DNA from: Histomonas meleagridis 2922-C6/04-290x
Lineage: Eukaryota > Protista > Parabasalia
Direction of reading: 5' to 3'
Length of the DNA: 64,000 bases
NCBI GenBank assembly: GCA_020184695.1
Contig: JAANOX010000266.1
Span: 1-64,000 of the forward strand
Every line of letters starts with the position of its first letter. Position 1 is the stretch's first letter. A program made the position numbers and the translations under genes. The notes below the pieces were generated by a model, which was not told where the DNA came from, made no database searches, and saw nothing but the letters and a program-made list of their open reading frames with translations. This document shows positions 47,029 through 61,045 of the stretch, one piece after another.

Positions 47029-48611
47029 ATGATGTTTGCTCTTTTATTTTGCAATCTTATAATTCCATCTTTTGGATTTTACTATAATAATACAAAAATA
47101 CTTGCAATAAGAACAGACGAAGACTTTACAACTTCAAAAATATAAGAATACAACAAAAGGCTTAATAATTCAAGATGGAATCACATCAATACCATCACAA
47201 GCATTTAGAGCTTGGCCAAAGCTATCTTGGGTTTCCATTGAGGAATCAGTATTGTTTATTGGTGATAGGGCATTTTTAGAATGTTCCAATTTATCAATTG
47301 TTACCATTAATAGAAGTGTACATACAATATCATATGGTGCATTTTATAGATGTTCTAAATTGTCTGAAATTATTTTTGGTGACAATCTGGTTAAAATTGG
47401 CCATCATTCATTTGCTGAATGTTCATCACTTAAAGATGTTAAGTTACCAAAATCAGTTTCTTCGATTGAAGAATATGCATTTTCTGAGTGTGCTAAATTA
47501 GCAAATATCACTTTGGGAGAAAATTTAACCAAAATTAATTTGGGTGTATTTAATCAATGTTCATCACTTGAAAGCATTAAATTACCAAATTCAATAACCT
47601 TAATCGAAGATTATGGATTTTCTTCTTGTTCTAAATTAAAAGAAATTACTATTGGAGGAAATTTAACTAAAATTGGCGATTATGCATTTTCTTATTGTAA
47701 CGTACTTTTAAGGTTTACATTCCCAAATTCGCTTTCTACAATTGGAAATTATGCATTTAATTATTGTCCTAAATTATCAGAAGCTATTTTTTGGAGAAAA
47801 ACTTAACTACAATAGGTAGATATGCATTTTTCTAATTGTAAAATCGCTTAAAAATATTACATTACCAAATTCGATAAATACAATTGAAGATTTTACATTT
47901 TCTTATTGTGATCAATTATCAGATGTTAAATTTGGAAACAATTTAACTATGATTGGCGATAGTGCATTCCTTCTTTGTATTTCTCTCAAAAAAATCGAAA
48001 CACCAGATTCAGTAACTTTAATTGGAACAATGGCATTTGGATTTTGTTCTAATTTATCAGTACTTATTCTTTGTGAAAATTTAGCTTCAATTGGATTTAA
48101 AGCATTTTGTAATTGCACTTGTCTAACATGTGTTTATTATTGTGGCAACACAGAACCTAATGTTGATAACACAGCATTCGATTTTTGTTCTGTAGGATGT
48201 GTGATGACATTAAATATATATAATTCGTCAAAATTTGGTAAACTTAATGTTTCAGTTGGATCAAATATAAGTAATTGTAATCCATTTCCAACAAACTCAT
48301 ATACAAAATCAAGTACATTAACAAATTCACAAACAACAACAATAACAAACACAAATATATACACACAATCAACCACAATTACACCACCAAAAACATTTTC
48401 AGAATCATATATAAGATCTATCACATTATCTCATTCATTCTCAAAATCAAGTACATCATCAAAGTCATTATCATCAAACTCTAATTCGAAAACTATGGCA
48501 ATTGTTGCTGTTTGTGTAAGTGTTTCTTCTATTGTAATTTTAATAGTTATTGTAGCAGCAATTTTCATTATTATACGTAGAAGTAAAAGCTATAACAATG
48601 AAGTTATTTAA
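47029..48611 (+). pseudogene. BspA-like (TpLRR/LRR_5) surface protein with Thr/Ser stalk and C-terminal TM, frameshifted in this sequence
   Basis: Repeats such as IGDRAFLECSNLSIVTI and IGDYAFSYCNVLLRFTFP; hydrophobic N-terminus; TM AIVAVCVSVSSIVILIVIVAAIFIII; one +1 shift at ~47130 and four at 47787-47843. Confidence 0.85.
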
Positions 48612-49171
48612 AATACTATCACCGGTAATAGAACCTTTCAATTAAAAAAAGAGAGAGTTTACTGAAACATAAATAAAGGTAAATATTACTTAAATCTTTT
48701 TGAAATTTAATATAATGAGCTTTATGTACACTAAATAATAAATATAATATAATAAATAATATCACCTTTTATTCGACAACTGAATTCATCTTTTCATAGA
48801 ACTAAAATTTGGAGGAAAACATGATATTAATTCATAATATTTACTTGTTTTGATGAAAATATTTTTACCAAGTTTTAATAAACGTATGAAGGTCTAAAAC
48901 GTAATGTTTCTTGATTTTTCTTTCAACAGTTTTTGATGTAATGATATCATATTATAAGCTCAAAATTTCTTTTGTTCTTTAAAGTAAATTAACATCATTG
49001 ATTAAATAGGATTTTAAAAGGCCTGTCATGACTTGCCATTTTCCATAATTGTAAAATGTACAGTATTCAAAAATACGGCACTTTCCCGAAAATCCAAAAC
49101 TCGTTTTTTGAGAACGTTTAAAAAGCAGTTAATTGAGGTATAATACGTTAGATACATTATATTTTAGGAAA

Positions 49172-49556
49172 ATGTCTGATCCAGTCATACGTCTTTGAAC
49201 ATATGGTCGAGATCTTGGTATCATTCCTATTTCACGTCTACCGACTGAGTTTGATAAAGCATATTTCATTTGTGTTAATACATACCAATCATACCGCCTT
49301 AATCTTGGTACTGGGCCATTAAATGATGCCGTTTCATTGGATAAATGTGTGAAGAACTTTGGGTTTCATATTTACTTCCTGTACAATCCTCATTCAATAT
49401 ATTTTTAAAAAATATCTTGATCATTTCTTTCAATTCACAACAGATCACTTAGTTTTCTTCTATATTGGCCATGGCACAACGGTTAGAGATCTTGATGGAG
49501 ATGAAGATGATTTTATCAAAATGTTTATGATTAATGGTATGAACATGAAATTCTGA
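49172..49556 (+). pseudogene. Truncated metacaspase (peptidase C14) fragment
   Basis: FICVNTY...LGTGPLNDA then LVFFYIGHGTTVRDLDGDEDD (catalytic His region); stops and a frameshift; Cys half missing. Confidence 0.75.
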
Positions 49557-50492
49557 TGTATTATAATATATAAAATTATAATTTTAATCAACATATTGGA
49601 TGAATATTCTATTTGAAATCGAAAGGCTCTTTTCCGTTATTCTATTGTACATTCGAAATCTCATATTTTAAAAGAAATATTCAAAATAAAGATAATAAAT
49701 ACCTCCATTCATGCTGCTATAATTTCTATAATTATTTGAATTGTATTAACATTTATTTGATAAAATTGTATGTAGAGAAATGCATTTTAAAAAAATTGAT
49801 TATTAAGTATCATTTTTCATAAAAAACGATATATATCTAATCAATGAGAAAAACATAACGAATTTTTTTATAATTATTCATATATCAAAGATATTTTTGT
49901 TTTTGATTTCGAATGATGTCATTCGATGTTCATTTAAAATCTATATATTTAATCCATAATCAACAAATTCTAGATTTATACATACACTAATTGCATATTA
50001 AGATTGAATACGATACAAATGAAATTTAAAACTTAGATAATTAATCAAAAAGGAAAGATTAAAAAAAATAAAAAAACATGCATACTTGATTACCAACTTG
50101 AAGTTCATTTAGATACACAAAAACAGTTAACAAATATCTTACTACATCTTCAAATTAATGATTTTTTTTTTTGTAATTAAAGGTTCTATCGAGTCGAAAT
50201 TTTCGGGATGTGGGAATATTCTCATAAAAAAATTATAAATAATTTAACGGTTGAAATTATTTAACATTTTCGACCCAAGTTGCAAATCAATTTACAAAAA
50301 TTAATAACAACCGTCTTATCGGCATTTCTAAACGTACTACAATTACAACAAATACATAACAGAGTAACGAAAACGAAGAAAATTACGTAACAATATATTC
50401 TATATTCGAAAAATAATATAAACTAAATGAGTAAAACAAGAAACATATTTATTTATAACATAATCATGTATTTCACATATTCAAATATAATA

Positions 50493-50520
50493 TCATCATA
50501 TATAATATTATATATGATGA
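50493..50520. repeat. Perfect 28-bp AT-rich palindrome
   Basis: tcatcatatataatattatatatgatga is its own reverse complement. Confidence 0.85.
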
Positions 50521-52165
50521 ATATGTTATAAATTATGTTAAAAATGATGTTATATATTATAATATATATATGATAATATAATATTTAATAATGTTATACA
50601 CAATGGAAATGTAATATTACATAAATATGTTATGCATTATGTTATACACAGATATTTTATGTATATATATTTAATGAACACGAATATATTATACATGAAT
50701 ATTTTATATATGATGTTATATATAATAATGCTATACATATAAATTTACATCAACACATTATACACAATAATGTAATAGAATTGCAGTCTGCTTGTAATTG
50801 ATATCCTTTAATTTTATTTAAATGGATTAACGAAAAATATTTTTCAGTTGATCATTCAGATGTAAATTGTCGCCTTTTGCCTCTAAACAACCGCGAATAT
50901 AGAAAAATTTGAATGTTAACTTTTTTTTAAGTTGAGTAGTGAATGAAAAATATAATTATTGCAAAAATTTCAATTTCAAATCCAATTAAAATATGCTAAA
51001 AATATATTATGAAACATATTTTCTATTAATAGTGCTACAGTATTCATCCAACTTGTTTTGTGTTCTTATGCACTGAAAGATTTCTCTTTTTTGAGTTAAA
51101 ATGCTTTACAAATATAAACTATACAATGCATGGCCATAACCGTCCCGTTCATCATGATGACTGATTTTTTAAAGAACCTTGAGCTTGGCTAGATTAAAAT
51201 GACATATAACCTATAAAAATGGAACCACCTGGACGACACAGAAACTTTTATTTAATATTATAAAACTCACAGATTATTTATTTTCACGAAAACGTAATAC
51301 GATTTAAGTCGAATTGACTTATACATAAATCAAAAGAGGGAGCCATTAAACAGGAAAACCTTTGTTATTACAAAAAACATCGGGTAGACTGAACTATACC
51401 CCGGAAAAAACACGTTATTTACGATAGATGACGATAGACATTTTGTGGCAGACGTTGTAAAATTACGTATTCAATATAACCGTTTACATTGATTTTACAA
51501 CCATGCAAAATTATCAAAAAGTTACCACTTAAATTTTGTCAACTTTACATATATGTAAAGTATTCATATATTTTACGTAAGCATTCACTTTATATATTGC
51601 TATGTTCAGGAAGCATTGCTGATGCTAATAGAGGAGCTAAACATTATTAATAGATACATATGCCGTATTAAGTATATATAAAAAACATTATTAATGGGTA
51701 CAAAAAAAATTGAATTTTATCGACTATTTATTGATTGAATTCTCTGGTAATTGCCAGTAACGGTTTTGACAATTACCATGCTGATACCGTTTACCATGTG
51801 AAAACACCAAATTTTAATCAAAATCATATTATTTCAGACGATATAATAAACATCAAAAAGGAATATTTTTATGGAAGCATATTTCTGAATATAATTTAAT
51901 TATATGTCTGAATTATCGTTCAACCGAAAAATTCAATTAATTTTTTTTTAGTTTTCCAAAAATCTTTAAATTTTCGCAGTATCTTTTAGGGACGTGTCCA
52001 CATTGAACATTTTATTCATATATACACAAAAACCTGATCATTTTCTTTTAAATTATAAACAATTGTTCAAATTCTAGTCAGTGGTTTTTTATATTATTCT
52101 AAATTGTTAATTTGTCTTCAAACTTTAATCATTTATTTTGTTTTTCCATTCTAAACATTATTTTA

Positions 52166-54115
52166 ATGATTTTTGCATGTATATTATTATCAATGCATGC
52201 TGTTGGGCATGTTTCTTATACATCTGAAGATTTATGGTCAATTGACATTATAGGAAAGAACAAAACAAAAAGTCTTCTTATTAATAATTATACTGGTGAT
52301 AGATATGATGAAATTGTTGATACAATAATAAAATCTACTGCATCATGGCAGATGTCACCTTTAGAAATCATTCTTACCATGACTCCAGAGCAACATATGA
52401 ATCTTACTGGTTTAGATCAAAATGTAAGCTCATCGATAGCTTATGTTTTTTGGGGAACTTATCTCAAGGGTGCATATAATGATTCATGTAACTATTTCCA
52501 TAGACTTGATGATACATTTTTTTAGGTTATTTTTCTTGTCTCTAGAAATTCATTCGGTACAGGTATTTCATGGCTTCAAGTTGGTCATCCTTATAATGAG
52601 TTTCCTGGTCAAATTAAAAATCAAACTTACTTTAAGACAAGGGATGAGAACCAATGAAACAGAAGAACGTGATGTCCGTAAAAGAGTTAATGAAATATTT
52701 ACCACAGGTAATCTTACAGGATATGGACGTGAAAATGATCTTCATACAGATTATGAAAAATCAGTTGCAATTTGGTGGTGGATTAAAGAAAATGTTGAAT
52801 ATGGTTTTTCTAAAAGGATGGAAAATTCAGCATATGGTGGAATTATATTGGGCAAAGCTGTAGATCATGGCTATTCTGCTATGTCTGGTATTTTGTTACA
52901 ACGAGCAGGAGTTGAAGTGCGTTGCTTAATGGGATTGTTAGCAAAGAAAAAACGATTCCATGCATGGAATTGGCTTCATATTGGGGAAGAATGGTTTGCT
53001 TACGATAGTACTTCAAGTAATGCAGGGAATTTTTTAATGGGAATTAATACAACTAATCATTTGAGTCAATACAAGTATTCTGATGGTGAATATTGGGATT
53101 TTCCTGTTTCCACTAGTAATTATAATTATAAGTTTAATAGCTTTAGTTTTCCTAAAAATGCACCATTGTTATATCAGAAAGAAGATACAGACTCAGGTTT
53201 AATCGGAAGAAATCTTAAATGGACATTAAAGAATGGTCTTCTTACTATTAAAGGAAGAGGACCAATGAGAAATTTCGAAAATGCAACACAAGTTCCATGG
53301 AAAAACTTCTTTTATAAAATTCTAAAACTAAAGATAGAAGAAACAGTTACAACGATTGGAGATTATGCATTTTATAATATAGACAAAATTAAGTATCAAA
53401 ATTATAAAGATAAATTAGGATTCATTCAATCAATTGGCCAAAAAGCATTTTCTGATTATAATGATCATGTTAAAACACAAGTATCATATAAAATTATTAA
53501 TTTAACATTTTTAGATGAAAATGAAAAAGAAAATTACAAAGCACAAATTGTAAATGCAAGTACACTAGATAAAATCAATGAAATATTACTAAAAGCTGAA
53601 AATAAATCAAAGGAAAACGAAAATACACAAAAAACATCAGCAAAAGATACAATCAAAAAATTGCCTTACCTTAAAAGCGATTCAGTTAAAGATTTTGAAG
53701 AAGAAATCAATAAAGCAAAAGATAAAGAATCAATTAAAGAAGTTGTTACAAAAGCACAATCAAAGAATAAAGAGCTAAAAGTAGTTTTCGAAAAGAGAGA
53801 AACAGTAAAAGAAGAAATCAAAAAAAGTTAGATAAATTGGGCGATATGCAAAAAGATTACATCGAAAAATTAGACAAAGCACACAATGAACAGGAATTTG
53901 ACCAAATATTGCAAGATGCTAAAACAAAAAATGAAGAACGTCAAGAAGAAGAAAATGCTGCTCAAGAAAACAAAACAAATACAATTGTTATGTCTGTAAC
54001 AGTTTCTGTTTCTATAATTGTTGTTTTAGTGGCAGTAGTCATTCTTGTTCTTGTTATTCGAAAACAAAGATATCAATCTGTTCATAAAAGTAATGAGCAA
54101 TCAAGTAAAATTTAA
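52166..54115 (+). pseudogene. Mosaic surface protein: transglutaminase-like domain + BspA-type cap/LRR + three GA-module-like repeats + TM; several frameshifts
   Basis: DYEKSVAIWWWIKENVEY..SAYGGIILGKAVDHGYS..HAWNW..WFAYDST; GRNLKWTLKNGLLTIKGRGPM..VPW..VTTIGDYAFYN; INLTFLDENEKENYKAQIVNA, IKKLPYLKSD..EEEINKA; TM VMSVTVSVSIIVVLVAVVILVLVI. Confidence 0.75.
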
Positions 54116-55659
54116 GCTAATCCAATAATTTTGTTTTAAAAAAACTTACTTCAAATAGCATCACTTTGAAATTTGATTCCATTACAATAATAATTTTGGC
54201 TATTAACAATAATTCTTTTTCATTCACTTAATTAATTTAGATAATTCTGTTTGATGATTTCTATTTTTATTGACCGAAAAATTAATGTTAAAAAATGAAA
54301 TAGTCACTATTATTAAATGATTCGGGAATGATAGATGCTCTAAGATCTCGGATTAGAATCAGCATCCTTTTTTACGTGGATTACAATTTTTCGAAAACAT
54401 TAATTTCTCGATTACCAAAATTTGTTGAATCTTCACAACTTGGTAATATGAAAATAATTGGAATTAATTATGAAATTAAATGCAAATGCCATAAATTAAT
54501 AGATAAGTGTATATCAATGTTTTGTATAGAGAAAGTTACTGAATGTTTCCCACTTAATGAAGAAAAACTTTTAAGTAATGCACTTAAAGAAGTTAATAAG
54601 AATTTAAGATGTAGAAATAATAAAACAGATGAAACGCAAAGTCTTGATAATAATGACATCGAATTAGATGTAGATATGACGAAGATGTATATGATTTAAA
54701 TGATTTGCGTGAAACAATATAACGAATAATGAAGCAACCACAGAATTTAGAGTAAAAAGGGCTCGAATTGTATAAAAGAGGTCGACTTGTGCTGAAAGAA
54801 GCGCCGAAGAAAATTAAAAAAAAAGATGATGAAGAAAGTAACGAATCAGGTTGAGTGAATGAAATAGCAGAACATATTAAGAAGAGAAAATTGAAACAAA
54901 AAGAACAACAAAAAGAAAAGTATCGAAAGAGCATTCATTTTATTTGGAACAACCCATACAGACATTCCACCTAATGAATAATTATTTAACATAACAAAAC
55001 TTAATAAATCAACACTTAAATATTATTTAATTTTATTGCATTCATTAACAATAGATTCGAGACAAAATTTTGTGGGCTTAATGACTTAATATTTTAAAAT
55101 GTAGAGATAAAAAATTATCATATAATAATGGATATCATATACAATGCATCTTCTTTTTTTCTTTGTTTTCTATTAGTTATTTTTACAATAATGTTGTCCA
55201 AATAAATAATGCATTATAAGAAAAGTAAATGATAATATATTATTTTAAAGAAAAAATCTGAAATTCAGAATTATTATGGTAAAAATACATTATGTGTTCA
55301 AATAGCAGAAGTAAGTATATTATATTACCTTGGGTAATACTATCTGTGATAATACCTTATTATGGTTTTTTTTATGGTTTTTACTAAAATTTCGATGATT
55401 TTTGTATTAAAATATTCAATCTATTTTCTTTTTTAAATGTCAATTAGATTATTTTTTAATAAAGCACATATTTTTCCGGGGTATTTTTTTTCATAATTAT
55501 TTTATACAAAATATATATCATCAATACATTAATTTCAATGATTATTAAAAAAAAAAAAATTCCTGTCTATTGGGATTGTTTGTACATCTACATAGAGCGA
55601 AAATTCTGAATTGAATAGTTTACTCATAAATTGAATGATTTGAGAATTTCAGGCGGTTT

Positions 55660-56640
55660 TTCAGTGGAATCAATGGTGCGACTAATGGAAGTAAATTAAT
55701 GTCATCTTTATATGCTGTTTCTCGATTTCTTTCCGATAAAAGATTTTATCACTTTCTTTCTTGCATGGAGTGAAACAAACTACATTCATATAATAAACTC
55801 GTCTCAACTTCAATTAAAGAATCAATTTGTTATGATCTTAAATTACAAAATCTTTATGAAAGTCTTCACCACCTTAAAGCATTCTTTAAAGTTATTTAAG
55901 TGAACATTTTGGAAAAAGAGTTGTTTAATTAATCACAAGGTTTTTTCAAACAATTTGGATGATTTTTGTTCAACTTTGTTACTCAAAGATATCCTTCATA
56001 CCAATAATACAATTTAATGATAAACCTTTTCATAAATTCTTCAGAAGGAGATCAATTACATAAAATCAGATTATTTGGTTTACTGTTTTCACATATTGGC
56101 ATAACTCATTGATGATCCATGGTGCTTGAAGTTTTTTGTTTTTTTAAGACAGAAAGACGACATTCTTGAGCGTTAATTCTCGAGCAACGGAAATTAATTC
56201 AAAAAGTTTCAAACACCCAGCAAAAACAACTTTTTGATAAGAAATTGTGCACAATTTCAATTTACTTTTGTTAGAGCTAATCAAATGTTTGTGTTTTTCA
56301 TCGGCTAAATGCGAGAAATTTTTAAAGTCTCATTTCCATTTGCTGGGTTCTGTTCCTTGTAATTTTATAATCTTTTTGCAAAACAGAGTGCAAGCAATGA
56401 CCATAATTAAAAATTATGCTCTCCAAAGAAGAGGAAAAAAAAAAAATATGAATCATATTATATTTCATGATACTATCAATAATCTCTTTTTCACTTATGT
56501 AACCAACCAGATTTTGTAATAACAATCATAATTTCAAATGTTATTAGAGATATTCTGATAATATTATCTTACAATTACACCAAGTAACCAAGTCGTTACA
56601 CGTTACAAATCCGTTTTTCCATATTATGACAGTATCAATT
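55660..56640. repeat. Uninterrupted paralog of the repeat at 25880-28300 (inverted)
   Basis: Reverse-complement homology to both flanks of the 26417-28023 insertion; coding-like but heavily degraded. Confidence 0.8.
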
Positions 56641-57217
56641 GATCCAATGATATCTCGTATTATCTTGCATACCTCCAATCTTCATATTTCCTTCATCATT
56701 GTGTGTTGTATGGTGCTTTGTCTTTCAACACTCTTCTTCCATTTTCATCTTGGTTGAAATATTTCAAAATTCAAATTTTTGTTGTGATATTGGCCATTCA
56801 TCAAACTTCAACCCTTTATCGAACCCAAAAGACCATTCAAATGTTCTTCTGATCATATTTATGGATATCCAAATATTTTGCAATCAACACGAATTACATC
56901 TTCCATTACCAATGGTATCATCACTGCACCCTTTGTTTCCTAACACATACTAAGCCACCAGCTGAGGGATGATCATTGTTTTGTCATGTGAGCATTTATG
57001 GAAGCGATGTTGCATCGACCACTTTTTCAGAAAAAAGTACTGAATTTTCACAGTAAGGTTCTGTGTACAAAGGGATTGAAGTCTAAGAGTTGTACACTTT
57101 TTCATGACCACCTTTTTTAATTCGGATTTGAACCTTTTGTAACAAAATACATCAACCGTAAATTTCAAACAAAGTTTGTAATTTAAACAGATATAATTTT
57201 TACAGAAGAACGACACG

Positions 57218-57680
57218 TCACTGACAATATGCCGAAGTCAATCGCCTTATGCGGCATTTACTTGTACGGTGGACGAATGGCAGAAAGCGACTTGAATTGA
57301 CAAGAACAACACACACAACAATTATCAACAACAACTTCCCCGACAATGTGTTCAACAAGTCTTTTTCTTTCTTTAATTTTTTCTGGATATTGGAACCTAA
57401 ATCCATGCAAACACAAATGCTCAAGAGCAATGTATTCGTTTTCAAATGTTTTGCCACAAAGTAAACATTCAGTAGTAACAAAAATATAATGACATTGAGA
57501 ATCATCAAATTCGCCACTATCTTCCTCCTCAATGATTACTTGGTTCTCTTATTCAGCTTCTTTTTTAGCGTCTTCTTCTGCTTGTTCTGCTTTTTTGGCT
57601 AAAAATTTATCAAGATTAAGATGATTTGAAATTTCAGTGTTGTTGTTAGAACGCACATGACAATTGTTACAATGGAGTCC
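57218..57680 (-). pseudogene. Rei1/ZNF622-like zinc-finger pseudogene fragment
   Basis: CNNCHVRS...NHL, then ECLLCGKTFENEYIALEHLCLHGFRFQYPEKI..RLVEHIVGEVVVDNCCVCC..FKSLSAIR..*MPHK, matching Rei1 C2H2 order. Confidence 0.65.
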
Positions 57681-57721
57681 GCTCAATAAAATCAAGCAAG
57701 AAACATAAAATATATTTTCAA

Positions 57722-57724
<3 letters not shown>

Positions 57725-57753
<29 letters not shown>
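57725..57753. repeat. (TA)n microsatellite
   Basis: About 14 TA units. Confidence 0.95.
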
Positions 57754-57755
<2 letters not shown>

Positions 57756-58800
57756 CATTGTATAATGATTTTCCAAGTGAATTTGAATCTGAATAAGTAA
57801 AATCACCAGGCTTAAAGAACAGATATCAATCCGAAATTCATTATTAATAAAATGTGTTCAATTGTGATATGTTTTGACATACCAGTATTTTTGTATTGGA
57901 AATATTTCATTTTATTTTTCAGCAAAAGCACGACAATCACATCCTTCTATTGCAATATCAATATCATTATTTTATTTACCCAAATTTTTTCTCAATAAAT
58001 CAATAATATTTTCAGTATCTATTAATATTAATACTATATATTAAACTCAACTTGCGATAATTATTAATATACTCATTTAATTTATGACACTATTATCTTG
58101 GATAAAGATATTTCAAATAATATTTCAAAATAATTGATAAAGTACTTGAAATCCAATTATTCATAATTTATGAATTTAATGAATATATAGATGATATCAT
58201 GATTTTCGGAAAGCATTATGATGTACCTATGTAACCTTATAAATAATTTTCTAAATATTTTTAGTAGAATTAAATATGTTTTATATATCTTAAGACAAAC
58301 GATACAACTAACTTCTGAAATCTAATACTTATGATAATTTCTATTATCTATCATCACAATTCATTGCTCACATGTTTTTTGTATCTGATTCGAATTTATT
58401 GATACTTTTCATTAATATGAAAGAAGTTTTCAAAAAATTATTTGTTATTCTGTGTAATGGTATTAATTTATATGATTCTTCAAGAACATATACAATACCA
58501 CTTTCCTTGGCAATTTTTCTTTCAAAACACGTTTTAAGGACGATATGTACTGATTGTGTGATTTTTTATTCGTCTTTTCCATTGCTTTGATTCTTCTGTG
58601 TAATCTTATTAATTTTAATAAAATTTAACAATTTTTAATACATATCACATAAATATTATACGATTGTAGTTTTTGTTTCCTGTGCTATAATTCTCAAAAA
58701 TCATTCAATTTCGATGTAAACTATTCAATCGTATTCCGACCCACCCCTGCGGTTGTGATCGTATTTTACTGAAAAAGCCTGACTTGAATTAATTCAAAGC

Positions 58801-59625
58801 GATGAATGCAACGATACGAATCGTTGATTGAAAATTGAATTAATTCAATTTCCCTTGTCATAATATTAAGAATTTTTATACTTGGAATTGAGTTTGAACT
58901 TCGATTTTTTCATTTAAACTCTTAATTCAAATTAACTCGAAAAGTTTTCCACTCATTTCTTCCGATAGACACCTTAGAATAATTTATCTTCAAATAAAAA
59001 AAATATTTTGAATACTATTTTTTCAAAAAATCACGCATAATTGAAAGGCATTCATATTTCATCCACTTTTTCAATTAAAAACTAAAAATTAAAAATAATA
59101 AATATTATGCTATATAATTGTGTTAAAAGGTTTTTTAGGGTAGATTGATCAGTATTATTGATTGTGCATATAACTCTATATTTAAATAAAATTCTATAAA
59201 GAGGATTGTTGGTTGACTCCGTCCTTTTCGAATTATCACCTGTTTAGAGAAGAAGGGCAAAACATTATAAGATTTTTCGGGATCCTATACTGAAGATCAT
59301 TTAGTGCTTGATACAGAATTTCGATCTGTTTGCTAATGATGCTAATTTTTCCCACTGGGATAATGAAAACGGGTGTGATGAATGGTGCTCCCACATTTGA
59401 AAGGAATTGAACATATCGGATTTTGTAGACCATGCAAATATAACATGTTTGTGAGAAAATATTTGCTCATTCAATTGTGTTTCAATAAAAATAATTTGGC
59501 TTAAAATATTCCATGGAAATAGAAAATGACATATACGATACAACAAAAATCTGAATGCTTTCGAAAATTCTTTTTAATCATCAAATATTGATATGTTTTA
59601 AAATTTGATCAATTTAATACAAAAT
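58801..59625. mobile_element. Two fragments (58801-58876, 59371-59625) of the long-TIR family TIR, in opposite orientations
   Basis: gatgaatgcaacgatacgaa..tcataatattaagaatttt and gggtgtgatgaatggtgctcc..gacatatacgatacaacaaaaat match the TIR at 26417/27693. Confidence 0.8.
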
Positions 59626-59925
59626 AGAGGTACTACAACTTCAAATTTTGCAATATTTTTTCAACTATGATTTTATGTAGGGTTGGCAAATTTCTCCCAA
59701 AGTTAATTTTTGCCCCCGCCCCTGGTGAAAAAAATGGGGAAAATAATTCCCAAACTTTTTGAATAAAAATTGAATACTAGAAACTGCTTTTACGATACGG
59801 AAAAGTGCGAGGTACTTCCCAACCTAATGGGAGATTTTGAATACCTTGCTATCAGAAAGTGGAAATGTCTTTCAATTATGCGTGATTTTTTGAATAGCAT
59901 TGAAAAAATCTCATTCAAAATATTT
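59000..59925. repeat. Imperfect ~65-bp inverted repeat pair (59000-59070 / 59855-59925)
   Basis: ttcaaaaaatcacgcataattgaaag pairs with ctttcaattatgcgtgattttttgaa. Confidence 0.7.
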
Positions 59926-61045
59926 TTGTGAGAAAATATTCCTTCTTAAATTTGATTTCTATGTTTTACATTTCTTGACATGAAAATTTTTGAAAATTTA
60001 TAAAATGTCACCAAATAGATTTGTTCACAAATCAATCTACACATGTTTAAATGCAATCGATTTAGAGAAATTGAAATGATACAAGAATAATTACATTTCA
60101 AATGCTTGATCCTAACTCACAACTAATTTCAAATCTGATGCATCATTTTGTGTATTTTGTGGTTCTCCTTTAGATATTAATAATCAATATTATACATTAA
60201 TATCAAACAAATGATTTATGTATTTATTCGAAACATCAAAAGTTAATGAGAGTTAAATAAACATTCAGGTTGTACTCCAAACGGTCGCCACAGAAAAAAT
60301 ATTGTTTAGTTAATAAATCGATACACATTAATAATTTTAATCTTTAAACCAAAAAATTATCTATAATTATTAATGCTCTTTGTTAAATACTAAATTATTT
60401 TAATTTTAATTTTTTTATAATCAATTTCACTTTAAATTAAAAAGTTGAAAAATATCTCTATCACATTTTTTCGAATTATATGATATATTTAAATTTTTCA
60501 TTAATTTTGATTTATATTCAGTTAATATTGAGTTCTATTCATTTCAAAAACCTAAAATCATGAAAATTGATTTTGAAATATAATGAACAACATAAAGAAT
60601 AATAAATAAACATGAATCTATATTATTATAATATATAAGAACAAAACAGACGGTTGACACTCTAACCGTAATTTCTTCTCAAAAATCATCATTCAACTTC
60701 ATCTATCGGAGCGGCTCCCAGTTTTTCCTAAAAAATTGCGGTTATTTTATCTGATTTTTATTCTTTACGTGTATCGTCATTCAATATTGAAAAGTTTATT
60801 ATTAGAAAAAGTTTTATCTTCGAATTAAATGATTTACTTACACACTTTTTCCTTCTTATCCTTCGCGCTGGCCATTTTTTACTATATCATGTCAACCACC
60901 GAGTTTTAATAAATAAAATGATTTGATTCATTTTTTTATCCATTTTTTTCTTTTTTTCTTATCTTATTATTTTCTATTTTTAAGGGTGAGGTATAAACGG
61001 TCTCCCCGAAAATTTATTATTTTTCAAGAAATCTTGGTGGTTGAA

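Noticed and set aside
51110-51495. Coding-like frame with about six stops (IQCMAITVPF...KLRIQYNRLH)
   Set aside because: No recognisable family; too degraded to call
54328-54860. 123-aa ORF and K/E-rich tail as a real gene
   Set aside because: No motifs and downstream frame disruptions; probably a decayed fragment
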